DNA of 62,885 nt, the filler included, from Octopus bimaculoides (Eukaryota), in the NCBI RefSeq assembly GCF_001194135.2. It is 9 parts of 8 records of this genome, joined end to end, with 100 filler letters (N's around TTAATTAATTAA, not from the genome) between each part and the next. Parts side by side here need not be neighbours in the genome. Positions count along the whole stretch, not along the records: positions 44,539 to 49,835 come from NC_068992.1; positions 49,936 to 55,677 come from NC_068987.1; positions 55,778 to 59,673 come from NC_068985.1; positions 59,774 to 61,204 come from NC_068982.1; positions 61,305 to 62,885 come from NW_026321251.1; 4 more parts are not named here. One strand, given 5' to 3'. A program made the translations under genes and the position numbers. The notes under the pieces were generated by a model. That model saw only the letters and a program-made list of their open reading frames with translations, did not search any database and was not told the origin of the DNA. Positions 48,986 to 62,299 of the stretch are shown here, in pieces. Each line of letters starts with the position of its first letter. Within the stretch, counting starts at the first letter, position 1.

Positions 48986-49825
48986 CAGGTTACGGTGAAT
49001 ATATTGTCGTCTAAATTACGCAAAAATGAAAATAACACTGACATCTCATTTTAACAATTATATTTAGTAAAATTACATAAAAATACCTTGAAATACTGAA
49101 GAGTAAATTTATTCAATAAAATCGCCATTGGCTTCAACTACGGCCTCCAGACAACTTCGAATCTCTTCTGGACGGTCTTCTTGTTGAAGATGGTGAATGC
49201 TGCCATAATCCTTGCTTTCAGTTCATCTTTGGTGTTACAAGTTTTGCTCATCTCTCGTCAACTGCATCCCACACATAATAATGAAGGGGGTTGTAGTCTG
49301 GTGAGTTAGGTGGCCAGATGTTAGGGATGATGCGGTTGCAGAAATTGCCTGATAGCCATGGCTGAGTTTCCTTGCTTGTGTGACATGGTGCAGAATCCTG
49401 TAGCCAGACATAGGGTCTTCCAGCAGCCACCCCTTTGACCCAAGGCAGCACTACCTCCTTCAGGCACTTGATGTGGCCTCTGTGTTGAGTGTGAGGCCGT
49501 GTGGGGAAAATGAATGGAAGCATAATGTCACCATCACTCCCAACACCATGATGTTGAATGGATGTCCTCAGATTGCACTGTCCTCAGATTGACACCCAAA
49601 CACTCTGAAATGTTCATATTGGAGCTTCCGTGCGAATGGCAAGCTGTATAGCATATCGTTTCCAAATTTCTGGCAGAGTGAATTGCGTCATGGTGCTGCT
49701 TTTTCTCACAGACGGTACCCAACTGACCCCACTATACTGTGTAATTGACAAAATCAAAGACTAACAGTAAGTATGCTCGAAATTGAAAATATAAAATGGC
49801 GACCATATATCCATCGTATCCTCTG
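48986..49825 (-). mobile_element. Internally deleted maT (DD37D) Tc1/mariner element with both TIRs
   Basis: QDSAPCH...WPPNSPDYNPL(H), with 37 residues between the second D and the third catalytic position (here D changed to H). Imperfect ~27-bp TIRs CAGGTTACGGTGAATATATTGTCG and CGACCATATATCCATCGTATCCTCTG. The transposase start MTQFTLPEIWKR jumps directly into the core. Confidence 0.85.
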
Positions 49826-49935
49826 TGTGCATATGNNNNNNNNNNNNNNNNNNNNNNNNNNNNNNNNNNNNNNNNNNNNTTAATTAATTAANNNNNNNNN
49901 NNNNNNNNNNNNNNNNNNNNNNNNNNNNNNNNNNN

Positions 49936-49995
<60 letters not shown>

Positions 49996-50355
49996 CAGAG
50001 AGAGGGAGAGGGGATTGGGTAATGAAAGAATAGAAAAAGAAAGAAAAACGAAAGAAGAAAAGCTGAGATGATACGAAGAGACGAAGGAATAAGACGTGCG
50101 TGTAATGCAGAAGGGGCTGGGAAGTGGTGAGCAGTGGTGGGTAGAAGAGGGTGGTCTGTAGAGGGAGAGGGTGGTTCAAAATATGTGGGAGGGAGAATAG
50201 GGCTCAGGATGGGAGGAGAGGAAAGACGGCTAAATAGGTAGTTACGTTTCTGGGTAGGTAGGGAGGAGGGGTACATGAGTGGGAGTAAGAGAGGGTGTGT
50301 AGAGGGTGGAAAGGGAAGGAGGGATATATGCTTGTGTGTGGAAAGAAAGTCAAAC

Positions 50356-50703
<348 letters not shown>

Positions 50704-50704
50704 T

Positions 50705-50735
<31 letters not shown>

Positions 50736-51195
50736 NNNNNNNNNNNNNNNNNNNNNNNNNNNNNNNNNNNNNNNNNNNNNNNNNNNNNNNNNNNNNNNNN
50801 NNNNNNNNNNNNNNNNNNNNNNNNNNNNNNNNNNNNNNNNNNNNNNNNNNNNNNNNNNNNNNNNNNNNNNNNNNNNNNNNNNNNNNNNNNNNNNNNNNNN
50901 NNNNNNNNNNNNNNNNNNNNNNNNNNNNNNNNNNNNNNNNNNNNNNNNNNNNNNNNNNNNNNNNNNNNNNNNNNNNNNNNNNNNNNNNNNNNNNNNNNNN
51001 NNNNNNNNNNNNNNNNNNNNNNNNNNNNNNNNNNNNNNNNNNNNNNNNNNNNNNNNNNNNNNNNNNNNNNNNNNNNNNNNNNNNNNNNNNNNNNNNNNNN
51101 NNNNNNNNNNNNNNNNNNNNNNNNNNNNNNNNNNNNNNNNNNNNNNNNNNNNNNNNNNNNNNNNNNNNNNNNNNNNNNNNNNNNNNNNNNNNNNN

Positions 51196-51283
<88 letters not shown>

Positions 51284-52003
51284 GGAGATACTGTGACAAT
51301 AAGGTGGAATGACTTGGTTGTGAAATATATATATATAGAGAGAGAGAGAGAGAAATAATGTTAAGTAGAGAGGTAGTGGTTTTGGTTGAGAAAGATAGAG
51401 AGAGAGAGAGAGAGAATGAGAGAGAGTGAGAAAGAGAGACATAGGAGGTATGACAATAGAGATTGTTAGTGGGTTGGGTTGAGAGAAAGAGAAGGGAGAA
51501 AGAGAGACTATGTTGGAGTGAGATAGAGAGAATTAGAGGAGGAAATGATGTGTTGGGTGTTTATAGAGAGGCTGAGAATTAGAGGATTAAGGAGAGAGAG
51601 GCAGAGAGAGAGACACACAGAGAGAGAGACAGAGACAGAAAGAGAGACACAGAGAGACAGAGAGACAGAGACAGAGAGAGACAGAGAGAGAAAGAGACAG
51701 ACAGACAGACAGACAGAAAGAGAAATTAAAAGAAATTGAGAGAAATGGAGATACATGAATAGAGAGGCAGATAGACAGAAGACGGACAGATAGATAAAGA
51801 GAGAGAGAGGGAAGAGAGAGAGAGGATTAATAGTTGAATGGTTTACTGAAAAATAAACAGAGATAAGGGAAATAAATAAATAAATAAAGACAGAAAGGTG
51901 GACAAGGTTGTTGTTGTTGTTTAGGCGCAGTTTAGCCCTGAATGACCAGCCTTACCATCTGAGATACTCCGTCCGTGACCACTCTGTCTCTTTTTTTTTT
52001 TTT

Positions 52004-52155
52004 GGTAAGTAGCTTGCTTACGAACTACATGGTTCCGGGTTCAGTCCCACTGCGTGGCACCTTGGGCAAGTGTCTTCTACTATAGTCTCGGGCCGACCAA
52101 AGCCTTGTGAGTGGATTTGGTAGACGGAAACTGAAAGAAGCCCGTCGTATATATG

Positions 52156-52204
<49 letters not shown>

Positions 52205-52215
52205 TTGTCCCCCCC
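52004..52215 (+). mobile_element. SINE family A, 5'-clipped (duplicated at 52707-52860 across a gap)
   Basis: GGTAAGTAGCTTGCTTAC..GGGTTCAGTCCCACTGCGTGGCACCTTGGGCAAG. Confidence 0.9.
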
Positions 52216-53289
52216 NNNNNNNNNNNNNNNNNNNNNNNNNNNNNNNNNNNNNNNNNNNNNNNNNNNNNNNNNNNNNNNNNNNNNNNNNNNNNNNNNNNNN
52301 NNNNNNNNNNNNNNNNNNNNNNNNNNNNNNNNNNNNNNNNNNNNNNNNNNNNNNNNNNNNNNNNNNNNNNNNNNNNNNNNNNNNNNNNNNNNNNNNNNNN
52401 NNNNNNNNNNNNNNNNNNNNNNNNNNNNNNNNNNNNNNNNNNNNNNNNNNNNNNNNNNNNNNNNNNNNNNNNNNNNNNNNNNNNNNNNNNNNNNNNNNNN
52501 NNNNNNNNNNNNNNNNNNNNNNNNNNNNNNNNNNNNNNNNNNNNNNNNNNNNNNNNNNNNNNNNNNNNNNNNNNNNNNNNNNNNNNNNNNNNNNNNNNNN
52601 NNNNNNNNNNNNNNNNNNNNNNNNNNNNNNNNNNNNNNNNNNNNNNNNNNNNNNTTACCATCTGAGATACTCCGTCCGTGACCACTCTGTCTCTTTTTTT
52701 TTTTTTGGTAAGTAGCTTGCTTACGAACTACATGGTTCCGGGTTCAGTCCCACTGCGTGGCACCTTGGGCAAGTGTCTTCTACTATAGTCTCGGGCCGAC
52801 CAAAGCCTTGTGAGTGGATTTGGTAGACGGAAACTGAAAGAAGCCCGTCGTATATATGTATATATATATATATATGTATGTATGTATGAACGCATGTACG
52901 TGTGCATACGTGCGCGCGCGCGTATGTTTATGCTCGGGAAAAAAGGTGGCGGTCGAAGATGTGATCGAGGGAATGGTAGGTGCGAGGTAGGTGGAAGTGG
53001 TGAAGAACAGAGTTTGGGGTGTGAAAGGGAGTACGTTGGGTGGATGGATGGATGGTTGGGTGTGGTTGTTAGTTGGGGTGGGAAAGAGGGGAAAGAGGAG
53101 GTGGGGGGGGGAGAAGTAAGTCAATATATATATAAATAAGGCGATGACATTAACTGCGATAACAAACGTAAGAAAGACATCACTTTGGGTAAAGCCGTCA
53201 TCAAATCAAATAGAAACGGCAGTAACGACAATCATTACTTATATTAACAACTTCAACGGTAACAACACCGACAAAATCACGTTGCAAAA

Positions 53290-53515
53290 TCACGACCCTG
53301 CTACCCTGCTAGAAATAGCAGCCAAATTCCTTTCACAACCACACACTGTCTTGATATAGAAAGGAAAGGACACGTTTTTTGGGGGTGATAATAGCTGTGA
53401 TATTATCTGCAAATAAGATGGAATGATCATGAATGGATTGCCTTTGATCACAGATCTATCTACTCAGTCCGGACTGACTGACCTGGGGCTAAAACAACAA
53501 CAATAACAACAACAG
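53290..53515 (+). repeat. Family E copy with (AAC)n tail
   Basis: CTGCTAGAAATAGCAGCCAAAT...GACCTGGGGCTAAAACAACAAC. Confidence 0.65.
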
Positions 53516-53534
53516 CGAACACTTGTAACTTATA

Positions 53535-53566
<32 letters not shown>

Positions 53567-54224
53567 CAGAAGTGTTGTGGTAGAAAACAACTAATAATAA
53601 TAATAATAGAACTAATAACACTATTACAATAACTCTTTATTGCTATTAGGTAACAACAGCAATTAGTTGTATAAACAACTGTGACTTGTATTACAACAAT
53701 AACGTCAACAACAATTAGTAATACGATTTCAGCTGCTGCTGCTGCTGTTATTATGCTTGAAATAATTATAATGATACTATCGATAACAGTGTAAACACCA
53801 TCAGGCTGCTGGGAAAAGTGTCGGTCACTGAGGCTGCTCGAAACAGAAGCCTAATCTACTTTAAATCACTCTTTGATATCTCCCTTGGGAAAAGAGGATA
53901 TTTCGGATGAAGTCAGTATATTTGAAAGAAGGGGATAAAAAAATTAAAAAAAGGATGCCTGGAATGCATTTGTTCATTAACTTGTTCAGTCAAGTCTGAT
54001 ATGGGGCTGAACGAAAACACACCAGTATCTGCAGAAAGGAGAAATTATTACTACATTTACTACATCAATAATAAGGGGGTAAAAAAAAGGGGTTAAAAAC
54101 TACGTTGATTGTAACATTTGCATAAGGAGGTTATACCAGTGGTAAGAAAAACGATTTACAACAAAAGCGAAACAATAGCTAACTGACATCAAGAATTATA
54201 ACAAACAACATGAACTAACGAAGA

Positions 54225-54515
54225 AGCCTCTGCGTAGTTTCTTGACCTGCTAGAAATAACAGCTAAATCTTTCGGGGAAACCACTTTATTTTCTAACAAA
54301 CAAAAAAGAGAAAAAGGAAAGAAAAGGAGAGAGATATAAAGGCTAACGAAGTCTTAAACTATACTAACATATGAATGAAAATCCGAATGAAAATCCGAAT
54401 GGTCGCGGTTAAGACGTCTTTTGTCTTAGGGTCTGTCAGTTTGATCATTGTCACATTTTGATCATTGTTACAGCACTGAGGCTAAAATAGCAACTGTTAC
54501 AACAACAACAACAAC
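54225..54515 (+). repeat. Family E copy with (AAC)n tail
   Basis: GACCTGCTAGAAATAACAGCTAAATCT...CTGAGGCTAAAA..ACAACAACAAC. Confidence 0.55.
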
Positions 54516-54970
54516 GTATACTAGTTACAGCGACAATATTAATTAAATACGTAATAAACTGCGTCACCACTATCCTCCACCGGCGCTACCGCTCATACCA
54601 GCACTATAGCTACTACTCCAATTCGCTCACAGTACGTCGCCACCACCACGTGAAAGAGAATGTAAAGAACAACAGTAAAACATATACACCACCACCCCGA
54701 TTCATAAAGCAACAGATTGAGCCACTTCCACCACAACAATAACCGAAACAACAGGGCAAGGGTTTATAACAACAACAACAACAGCAGTAGCAGTAGCAGC
54801 TTGCGGTGGAGGCTGCACCGGTTGCGGTGGTGGAGGAGATTTGAGAAAAAAGTTTAAAGAATGAGAAAAGTTAAATATATTTGGCCAGAGTAAGGTGTAT
54901 CTATCAGATTCATAATCGATCAATTTACCGGTTTATTTATCTACTAGCTTACTAATCAATTAATCAATCA

Positions 54971-55024
<54 letters not shown>

Positions 55025-55189
55025 TTATCTCGTATTGTATTGATTAGTGCTGACTTACATCACCATGAAAAGTTTCGTCACTTTATTTATCCTCCTTCTG
55101 CTGGAACTAAATAAAACTTTTGCTGGAAGGAGAAGACAAGAAAGATCTGTGCTTCGCTTCGCTGACTGCGGTGAGTTAACCATGGATTA

Positions 55190-55239
<50 letters not shown>

Positions 55240-55306
55240 GCTAGCTAGCTAGCTATGCTTTTGTGTATTGTATTTTGTGTGTGCGTGCGCGCGCGTGTAA
55301 GTGTGT

Positions 55307-55620
55307 GTGAAGGTACGTGGATTAGTGGTTAGGCTATTCGGCCCACTTGAGTTCGATTTCTGGTGGTGCGTTGTGCCCTTGACCAAGACACTTTATCTCA
55401 CGTTACTTCACTTCACTCAGCTGGCAAAAATGATCTGTACCTATAACTCAAAGTACCAGCCTTGTCACGTTCTGTGCCATACTGAATCTCCCTCAGAACT
55501 ACGTTAAGAGTACACGTGTTTTTGTGTAGTACTCAGACACGTGCCCGTTAATTTCACAAGCAGGCTGTTTTGTTGATTGGATCAATTGGAACACTCGTCG
55601 TCGTGGACGACGGAGTGCCA
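55307..55620 (+). mobile_element. SINE family C, full length
   Basis: tRNA head GTGGATTAGTGGTTAGG..GAGTTCGATT, CORE-like block and tail GTCGTCG..GACGGAGTGCCA. Confidence 0.88.
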
Positions 55621-55677
<57 letters not shown>

Positions 55678-55881
55678 NNNNNNNNNNNNNNNNNNNNNNN
55701 NNNNNNNNNNNNNNNNNNNNNTTAATTAATTAANNNNNNNNNNNNNNNNNNNNNNNNNNNNNNNNNNNNNNNNNNNNTATATATATATATATATATCATC
55801 AGTAAATCATAAATCCGAAAGAGAAGCACACTCTAAGTTATAGAACTGTTGAGTAATTAGATAAAGATAGTAATGGCCGGT

Positions 55882-56140
55882 CTATGGGGTTATCATGTGT
55901 TTCACGTTCATAAAGCGCTTAGCTTTATAGCGTAGCTAGTTGTTGAAACCACGTTCTATTGGTTTAACCTGGATTTCACATTCATAAGGTGCTTAGTTTT
56001 ACCGTGCGTTCAACAACTAGCTACGACGTTTTTTCTCCCTCCACTTAGAGGAGAGGTTATAGGCCATTGGCCATTAGGGTCTGAAGAAACGCCGTAAAGC
56101 TGAGCGCTTTATGGACGTGAAACCCAGGGTAATCTCATAG
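55882..56140. mobile_element. Inverted/partial triplication of a hammerhead-bearing pLTR-like unit
   Basis: 55882-55935 is a diverged reverse complement of 56089-56140, and 55968-56009 is a third partial copy. Only the plus copy keeps the CUGAAGA core. Confidence 0.7.
56077..56135 (+). ncRNA. Type I hammerhead motif
   Basis: GGGU-CUGAAGA-A-[ACG CC GUAAAGC UGAGC GCUUUAU GG A CGU]-GAA-ACCC A GGGU-A^AUCU. Confidence 0.65.
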
Positions 56141-56208
56141 TTGAGTGGGTTGTAGCTATACATGCGTATACGTAACAAATACACATTTGCCTTTTATAGA
56201 GCTGCATT

Positions 56209-56271
<63 letters not shown>

Positions 56272-56295
56272 GCACACATACACACACATATATAT

Positions 56296-56452
56296 ACGAT
56301 GGGCATCTTTCAGTTTCCGTCTACCAAATCCACTCGCACGGCTTTGGTCGGTCCGAGTCTATAGTAGAAGACACTTGCCTAAGGTGCCACGCAGTGGGAC
56401 TGAAACCGGAACAATGTATTTGGTAAACAAGCTACTTACCACACAGCCACTC
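56296..56452 (-). mobile_element. SINE family A head
   Basis: TTTCAGTTTCCGTCTACCAAATCC...GCTACTTACCACACAGCCACTC. Confidence 0.9.
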
Positions 56453-56669
56453 ATTTGCTTTCGTATTTCATGTTGTTTACTGTTGGCGACATCCTGTACC
56501 CACATATGCATGTGTTTGTGTGTGTGTATATATATACATGAGTTAAGGAATGGAGAAGATAAGATCTAGGCTCTATATGTTTCATAGCGAGCGGAACCTC
56601 GGAAGTCGTAAATATCCAAGTTTGGTGTATACCGCAGGCTACTCGCCAGGCCAAGTTTATATAGAGTTG

Positions 56670-56800
56670 GAATTTACAAAAAAAAACAAAAGACGAAGAC
56701 AGGTGTGCAAACAACAAACAGGTGTATTAGTTTAACGCTCGGGAAGGTGAGAAAGTCTTTTACGTTTCGGGCCTACGCTCTTCAACAGAAAGGAACACGA
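56670..56800 (-). repeat. pLTR-like repeat with variant hammerhead core
   Basis: Homologous to 10326-10432. The minus strand reads CUGUUGA-A-GAGC GUAG GCCC-GAAACGU. Confidence 0.6.
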
Positions 56801-56871
56801 GAAAATAAAAAGAAAGCTTTAGTAGCTAGCGGTCAATCATGGCGATGGCCGGACAGAGGTGGTCAGATAGG

Positions 56872-56906
<35 letters not shown>

Positions 56907-57239
56907 TATATAATATATATGCGTATGTGCTTGTGCGTGTATGTATAGATGCGTTTCCCTAATCAGATGGTTCAATAGTTGTCGACATCATCTGCATGAA
57001 GGACAGAATATATTGTTGCTACAACTTGTACAGATAAGTGGTGAGGCTGCAACAGCTACAAATATTCCTCGACGCGTGTGATTGCCCTTTGTCAGGCACA
57101 TCTTTACTTGGCTTGTTTTCTTAACGGGGCTGCAGTCCTGGATCAAGTTAAGATCAAAAATGTTGTCAAGTGCTCATAACCCTTTCTTTGTCGTGCAATG
57201 CTGACTGGAAGTTTCAACTTGGCATTCTTTAGAGGCAGG

Positions 57240-57730
57240 GCTCTCTTAGCAACATTACAGGCCTCTGGGCAAATCAGTGCACTGGACCCTATAGTGTTTA
57301 TTCATTGGTAACAAGCCACAGCATATATACGGGCCCCTAGACTCGTGAGGCCTCTAAGCAACTGTTCAGTATGTCCATGCCTTAAGACGGCACGGTATAG
57401 AAAATTTGTTATGGGAACGTGCGTCGACAGACAGTCTCAGAGATCTTGGGTATCAGTGACAAACAGGCTCACCTATTCCGGAGAATTTTCAGACCGAAAT
57501 CCATGGAAAGTTTCCAGAAATTTCTTGTCAGGCAGTGTCTATGAGGATCATTAGCAGATCACTACAAACCCTATAAGCACAGAAGATGCGTGTAGAGCGA
57601 CAAAACCGTTTTGCACGTACTCTTTCGGTGTCAGTGAATCGCTGACTCGTGGAGCTTTGTTCAGCAGCAGGTGTCGCATGTATAACGGATCCGATTACCG
57701 GCTGAGTCCTTTGTGGGACTCAGCAACTCC
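57240..57730 (+). mobile_element. Tx1/L1-like LINE C-terminal (zinc-binding) remnant
   Basis: FQKFLVRQCL*GSL..RRCV*SDKTVLHVLFRCQ*IADSWSFV resembles the CxxC..ET..H...C..W motif. Confidence 0.5.
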
Positions 57731-57738
57731 CTCTAGCT

Positions 57739-57983
57739 CGGTGGTTCTCAAAAGGGATCCATATAATCCTTATGGGTTCATATAAGATCTTATTGTTAAA
57801 ATTTATGTGCAATAAATTGGTTATACTTCTACAATACGCAAAATATTTTCACAATTTCTTTTTTAATACAATTGCTAATAATATTTCATTGTAAAAATAT
57901 AAGAGCATTTTCTAAACACTGAATAGCTATGGAGGTTCAGTAGTTTAAAATGGTCCACAGACAAAAATGGTCGAGAACCATTG
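57739..57983. mobile_element. hAT (Charlie-like) MITE
   Basis: TIRs CGGTGGTTCTCAA and TCGAGAACCATTG. Flanks CTCTAGCT and CTCGAGTC look like a decayed 8-bp NTCTAGAN target duplication. Confidence 0.7.
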
Positions 57984-58022
57984 CTCGAGTCGGAAAAATC
58001 GGGCGGTTTTTATCTGCTTAGA

Positions 58023-58343
58023 GGCGCTGTCGGTTACGTCGACGATTTTCCAGTAGATCCGATCAACGAAACAGCCTACTCGTGAAATTGACGTGCAAGT
58101 GACTGAGCACTCCACAGACCGTGTACCCCTAACGTAGTTCTCCTGGGAAATTCAGCGTCACATAGAATGTGACGAGGCTGGCCCGTTTGAAGTACAGGTA
58201 CAACGCATTTTTGCTAGCTGAGTGAAATGAAGCAACGTGAAATAAAGTGTCATGCTCAAGGACACAACGCATCACCGGGAATTGAACTCACGATGTTACG
58301 ATCGTGAGCCGAATACCTTAACCAGTAAGCCACGCACCTTCAC
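58023..58343 (-). mobile_element. SINE family C, full length
   Basis: Reverse complement homologue of 55307-55620. Confidence 0.9.
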
Positions 58344-58754
58344 TCTATCTGATTGGTAACTATGATTAAAAAAAAAAAAAGTCGTGTGATGGACAAGATT
58401 GAAAACTGAAAACTACTTTCTTCTTCAGCCAAGCATTCAGAAATCATTCAAGTTTCGCTTGAAGGTGAGGTTGAACAGGGAATGTTGTCTCACACCCTAT
58501 TAAATTTGTTGAAAAGTAAGGTGAAAGAAGCGAACACAGGCCGAGTGAACGGGTTTGCTTTGAGCATACGCCCGCAAGCAAGAAGACAACAGTTGAGATA
58601 GGGCACTTGCATTCGTGGTTGGGATGATCCAGTTTCTAAGGGGGTTTTCCTAGAATAGCCTTCGGTATTATCCCGCCACCTGCACTCTTAGGTATCTTGC
58701 TAGTTAGAATATTCTCGTTACTTGCTTTTGTTACCTAGTTTTCTTTTTCACATT

Positions 58755-58811
<57 letters not shown>

Positions 58812-59515
58812 ATACACTCACATGGAACGACATGTAATTAGCTTCGTCATTAGAAACCAACTGCACCCCGTGCAATGTAATACAAGCTGGACACTTTCAT
58901 TGTTACGAAACCTACGGAAGCAGTTAAATTTCTGTTTGCATGTCAATTAGATTTGATATATTATAGAGCTGAACTCACGGCATGCGCGATTATTATCGTT
59001 ACGTTTAGTATATACAACGAAGTTAAAAAGCAGCGGAAATCGTGTCTATCTGATATCAAAATAATAGTCATTTACCGGATTGTGCACCGAAAATCATGCT
59101 TTAAAACTAGAATTTTTATAATGAATTGTAAACCACTTATTTCTTTTACCAAATAATAAATATTTATAGTTTTAGGTGGATATTACTTACTTAGTCTACC
59201 CATTCGGCACGTTCCTGATAGATATATTGATAAAAAAGTTAGATATTAAATTACTGTTTATATAACCATTGGGTACTACTATCGAACGTGGTACCCGATG
59301 CATTTAACAATGTATAGTGAATAAAACCTAATTCTTCAAAGATTGGCTTTACGAGTGACTTTTAGATTCTGGGTTGCTCATATAATATCATCAAGAGCAA
59401 AATATATATATGTCTGGTGCTTCTGACGATAGAGTATGAGTGACTCGAAATACAGGGGTTATACGTACATCATCCATCCATCCATCCCTCCATCCATCCA
59501 TCCATCCATCCATCC

Positions 59516-59658
59516 AAGAAGCTTGTTTTCTAACCACATGGTTTCGGGTTCAGTCCTACAGCATGGCACCTTGTGCAAATGTCTTCTACTATAGCTACGT
59601 GCCGACTAAAGCCTTGTGAGTAGATTTGATAGACAGAAACTGAAGGAAGCCCGTCGTA
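59516..59658 (+). mobile_element. SINE family A head
   Basis: AACCACATGGTTTCGGGTTCAGTCC..GAAGCCCGTCG then (TA)n. Confidence 0.85.
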
Positions 59659-59773
59659 TATATATATATATATNNNNNNNNNNNNNNNNNNNNNNNNNNN
59701 NNNNNNNNNNNNNNNNNTTAATTAATTAANNNNNNNNNNNNNNNNNNNNNNNNNNNNNNNNNNNNNNNNNNNN

Positions 59774-59810
<37 letters not shown>

Positions 59811-59920
59811 TTATCTATAAAAACTGGATAGCTTCATTGTGGAAAGCTTCGCTGTTTGGCGTTCAAAAATTTGGGGTGGTGCGAAGAACTTTGTGCAAAA
59901 CAGGCTAATACAAGTAAACA

Positions 59921-60120
59921 TTGGTTTCAAATTCTAGCAAGAGACCAGCAAGTTCAGGGGAAGGAGTAAGTGATTACATCGACCGCAGTGCTCAACTGGT
60001 ACTTATTTTATCGACCCTGAAAGGATGAAAAACAAAATGAACTTCGGCAAAATTTTAACTTAGAACGTAGAGACGATCGAAATGCCGGGAAGCATTTTTG
60101 CCGGCGTGTTCACCGCCTTC
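59921..60120 (-). mobile_element. SINE family B
   Basis: ACTGGTACTTATTTTATCGACCCTGAAAGGATGAAA. Confidence 0.8.
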
Positions 60121-60138
60121 GGTACAGGAAAATATTGA

Positions 60139-60310
60139 TTTCAAATTTTGGCACAAGGACAGAAGCTTTAGGGAGGGGCTAAGTCGATGGAATCGACATC
60201 AGTGTTCAACTGGTTCTTATTTTATCGACCTCGAAAGAATGAAAGGTATATGACTTCAGAACATAAAGACGGACGAAAAATGCCGCTAAGCATTTTGCCT
60301 GCCGCTTGAA
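60139..60310 (-). mobile_element. SINE family B with 16-bp TSD
   Basis: TACAGGAAAATATTGA at 60123-60138 and 60311-60326. Confidence 0.85.
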
Positions 60311-60442
60311 TACAGGAAAATATTGAGAAGAAAATTTGGAAAAAAAAGACCAGACAGTAAGGGAATCTCATCTTGGTGGAAATAGAAGCTAGAAACAAAA
60401 ACTATTTCTTGGAAAAAACGATAGCAAGGACAGGGAGTTAGA

Positions 60443-60660
60443 ATGGTTTCTGATTTAGGCACAAGGTGAGCGATTTTAAGGAGTGGATGTTAGTGAATAC
60501 CACCGTCCTCTATACTTGACTGGTATTTCATTTTATTGACCCGGAAAGAACGAAAGACAGAGTTGACCTCGGCAGATTTGAACACCGAACGTAAACATCT
60601 TGAACAAATACCCCAAGCTATATGTTTTTCTGACACATTAATGATTCTGCTAAGTCACTG
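60443..60660 (-). mobile_element. SINE family B, degenerate
   Basis: ACTGGTATTTCATTTTATTGACCCGGAAAGAACGAAAG..GTTGACCTCGGCAG. Confidence 0.6.
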
Positions 60661-61304
60661 TAGGCCCGTCGTCAGACTTTGGTGTCTGAGGTGCTTCAAA
60701 ATATTCTGGGTGGTCACTATAATTTGTATTGTAGGAAGATTTTTGTAAACTGTATTTTTTAAATCTGAGAGTGCACCATTGAATAGTGAGGGGGAAGTGT
60801 CGTCCAGTTCACCCGTTTAGCGCCGGGCATGGTTCGCTGCCGTAAGAGTAAGAAATAATGTTGAAAGAGAATCTAACACACCAGTTTAAGTATTATATTT
60901 TGGCAACGATGAATGTTTTATAATTTGTGCATGCATAAACTACTGGATTACTTATAGTACACCATTTAGTGGTATACGTATTCCGATATGTAGAAATGTT
61001 TTAAAACTGTAGACAGTAACTAACTACCTGTGACCTAGATAAATTTATGACAATCCTATAGTACTCCTAGTAATATCGCTAACATTTCGTTCAATATTCA
61101 AAACTGTGTTAGCAAATTTAAGAATAGACGAGAAAGATTAGATTTATAACAGCTAATAGCTTTATTTTCTGGTGTGTACACACACACACGCACTTATATA
61201 TATANNNNNNNNNNNNNNNNNNNNNNNNNNNNNNNNNNNNNNNNNNNNTTAATTAATTAANNNNNNNNNNNNNNNNNNNNNNNNNNNNNNNNNNNNNNNN
61301 NNNN

Positions 61305-61940
61305 GACTTAGTCACTCATACAGTGGATGACATGCAAATACTCATGAATCGTATTTCTGCCTCTTGCAAGGATTTTGGACTCAGCATTAGCCTGGATGAG
61401 ACTGTTGTAATGTTTCAGCCTGCAACAGGAAATCCATATGTGGAACCAGCTGTCTTGATTGAAAGAACAATTCTTATAAGTGGTAGATTAGTTTGTCTAC
61501 CTGGGCAGCACACTCAACCGTTCTTGTTCCCTGGATGATGAAATATCTTTCAGGCTGCATAGAGCAACTGATTCCTTCTGGTCTTTTCAGTCTTGTGTCT
61601 GGTCCCAGTATGGCATCAGAAGGCAAACAAAAATTGCTGTGTACTGTGCATGTGTACTGACATCCCTCCTTTACTCATGTGATACACGGACCCTTTACAA
61701 ACGTCATGTAAGGGTCTTTGAACGGTTTCATCAGAGATGCCTCAGACACATTCTGGATGTTGGCTGGACCTTAAAATCTCCAGGCATACAGGTCATGAGG
61801 ACAGCTGATATCTCGAGTATTGAGGCGATGGTGCACAAGCACCGGTTACGTTGGATCAGATACCTTATTAGAATGAAGGATAGCAGGATCACTAAACTGA
61901 TGTTATATGGGGAACTTGTGAATGGAAAGAGAACTGCGGG
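61305..61940 (+). mobile_element. RTE-clade LINE, RT C-terminal fragment
   Basis: DMQILMNRISASCKDFGLSISL; YCACVLTSLLYSC; RFHQRCLRHIL; RLRW..RMKDSR..LYGEL. Confidence 0.9.
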
Positions 61941-62299
61941 AGAAACCAATGCTGCAATATTTTTTGTATACATGTATGCGTATCTATATGTGTATGCTTG
62001 AATTTATGTAGAAATACATGTAACTTTATGTGTGAATCTTTATATGTGTTCGTCGCGCAAAACATCATTTTATAACTATCTTCTAAGTATTTTATCACTT
62101 TCCTTCTCTAACTTTCTGTTTCTCCTTTTATCATTTTCTTTTTCCACTGTTTTCTTTCCCTCACCCACTTATTATTATCTGATTTTTTTTCCTTTTTTAT
62201 CTTTCGAAGGTAACAACTAACTTGCATAAGCATACGCCAAGAAATTTTCTTCGCGTGCATGTGCATACATACATACATACATACATACATACATACATG

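Noticed and set aside
48401-49160. ~375-bp exact direct repeat around a 10-N gap (similar cases at 13244-13409, 26457-26618 and 51954-52870)
   Set aside because: Identical copies flanking a gap indicate unmerged contig overlaps, not real tandem duplications.
55307-58343. Inverted SINE C pair as a dsRNA source
   Set aside because: An artificial linker at 55722 lies between them, so distance and orientation are unverified.
59418-59460. CTGACGA..GAGT/ACTC..GAAAT hammerhead-like core
   Set aside because: No stem I partner downstream, so it is core-like only.
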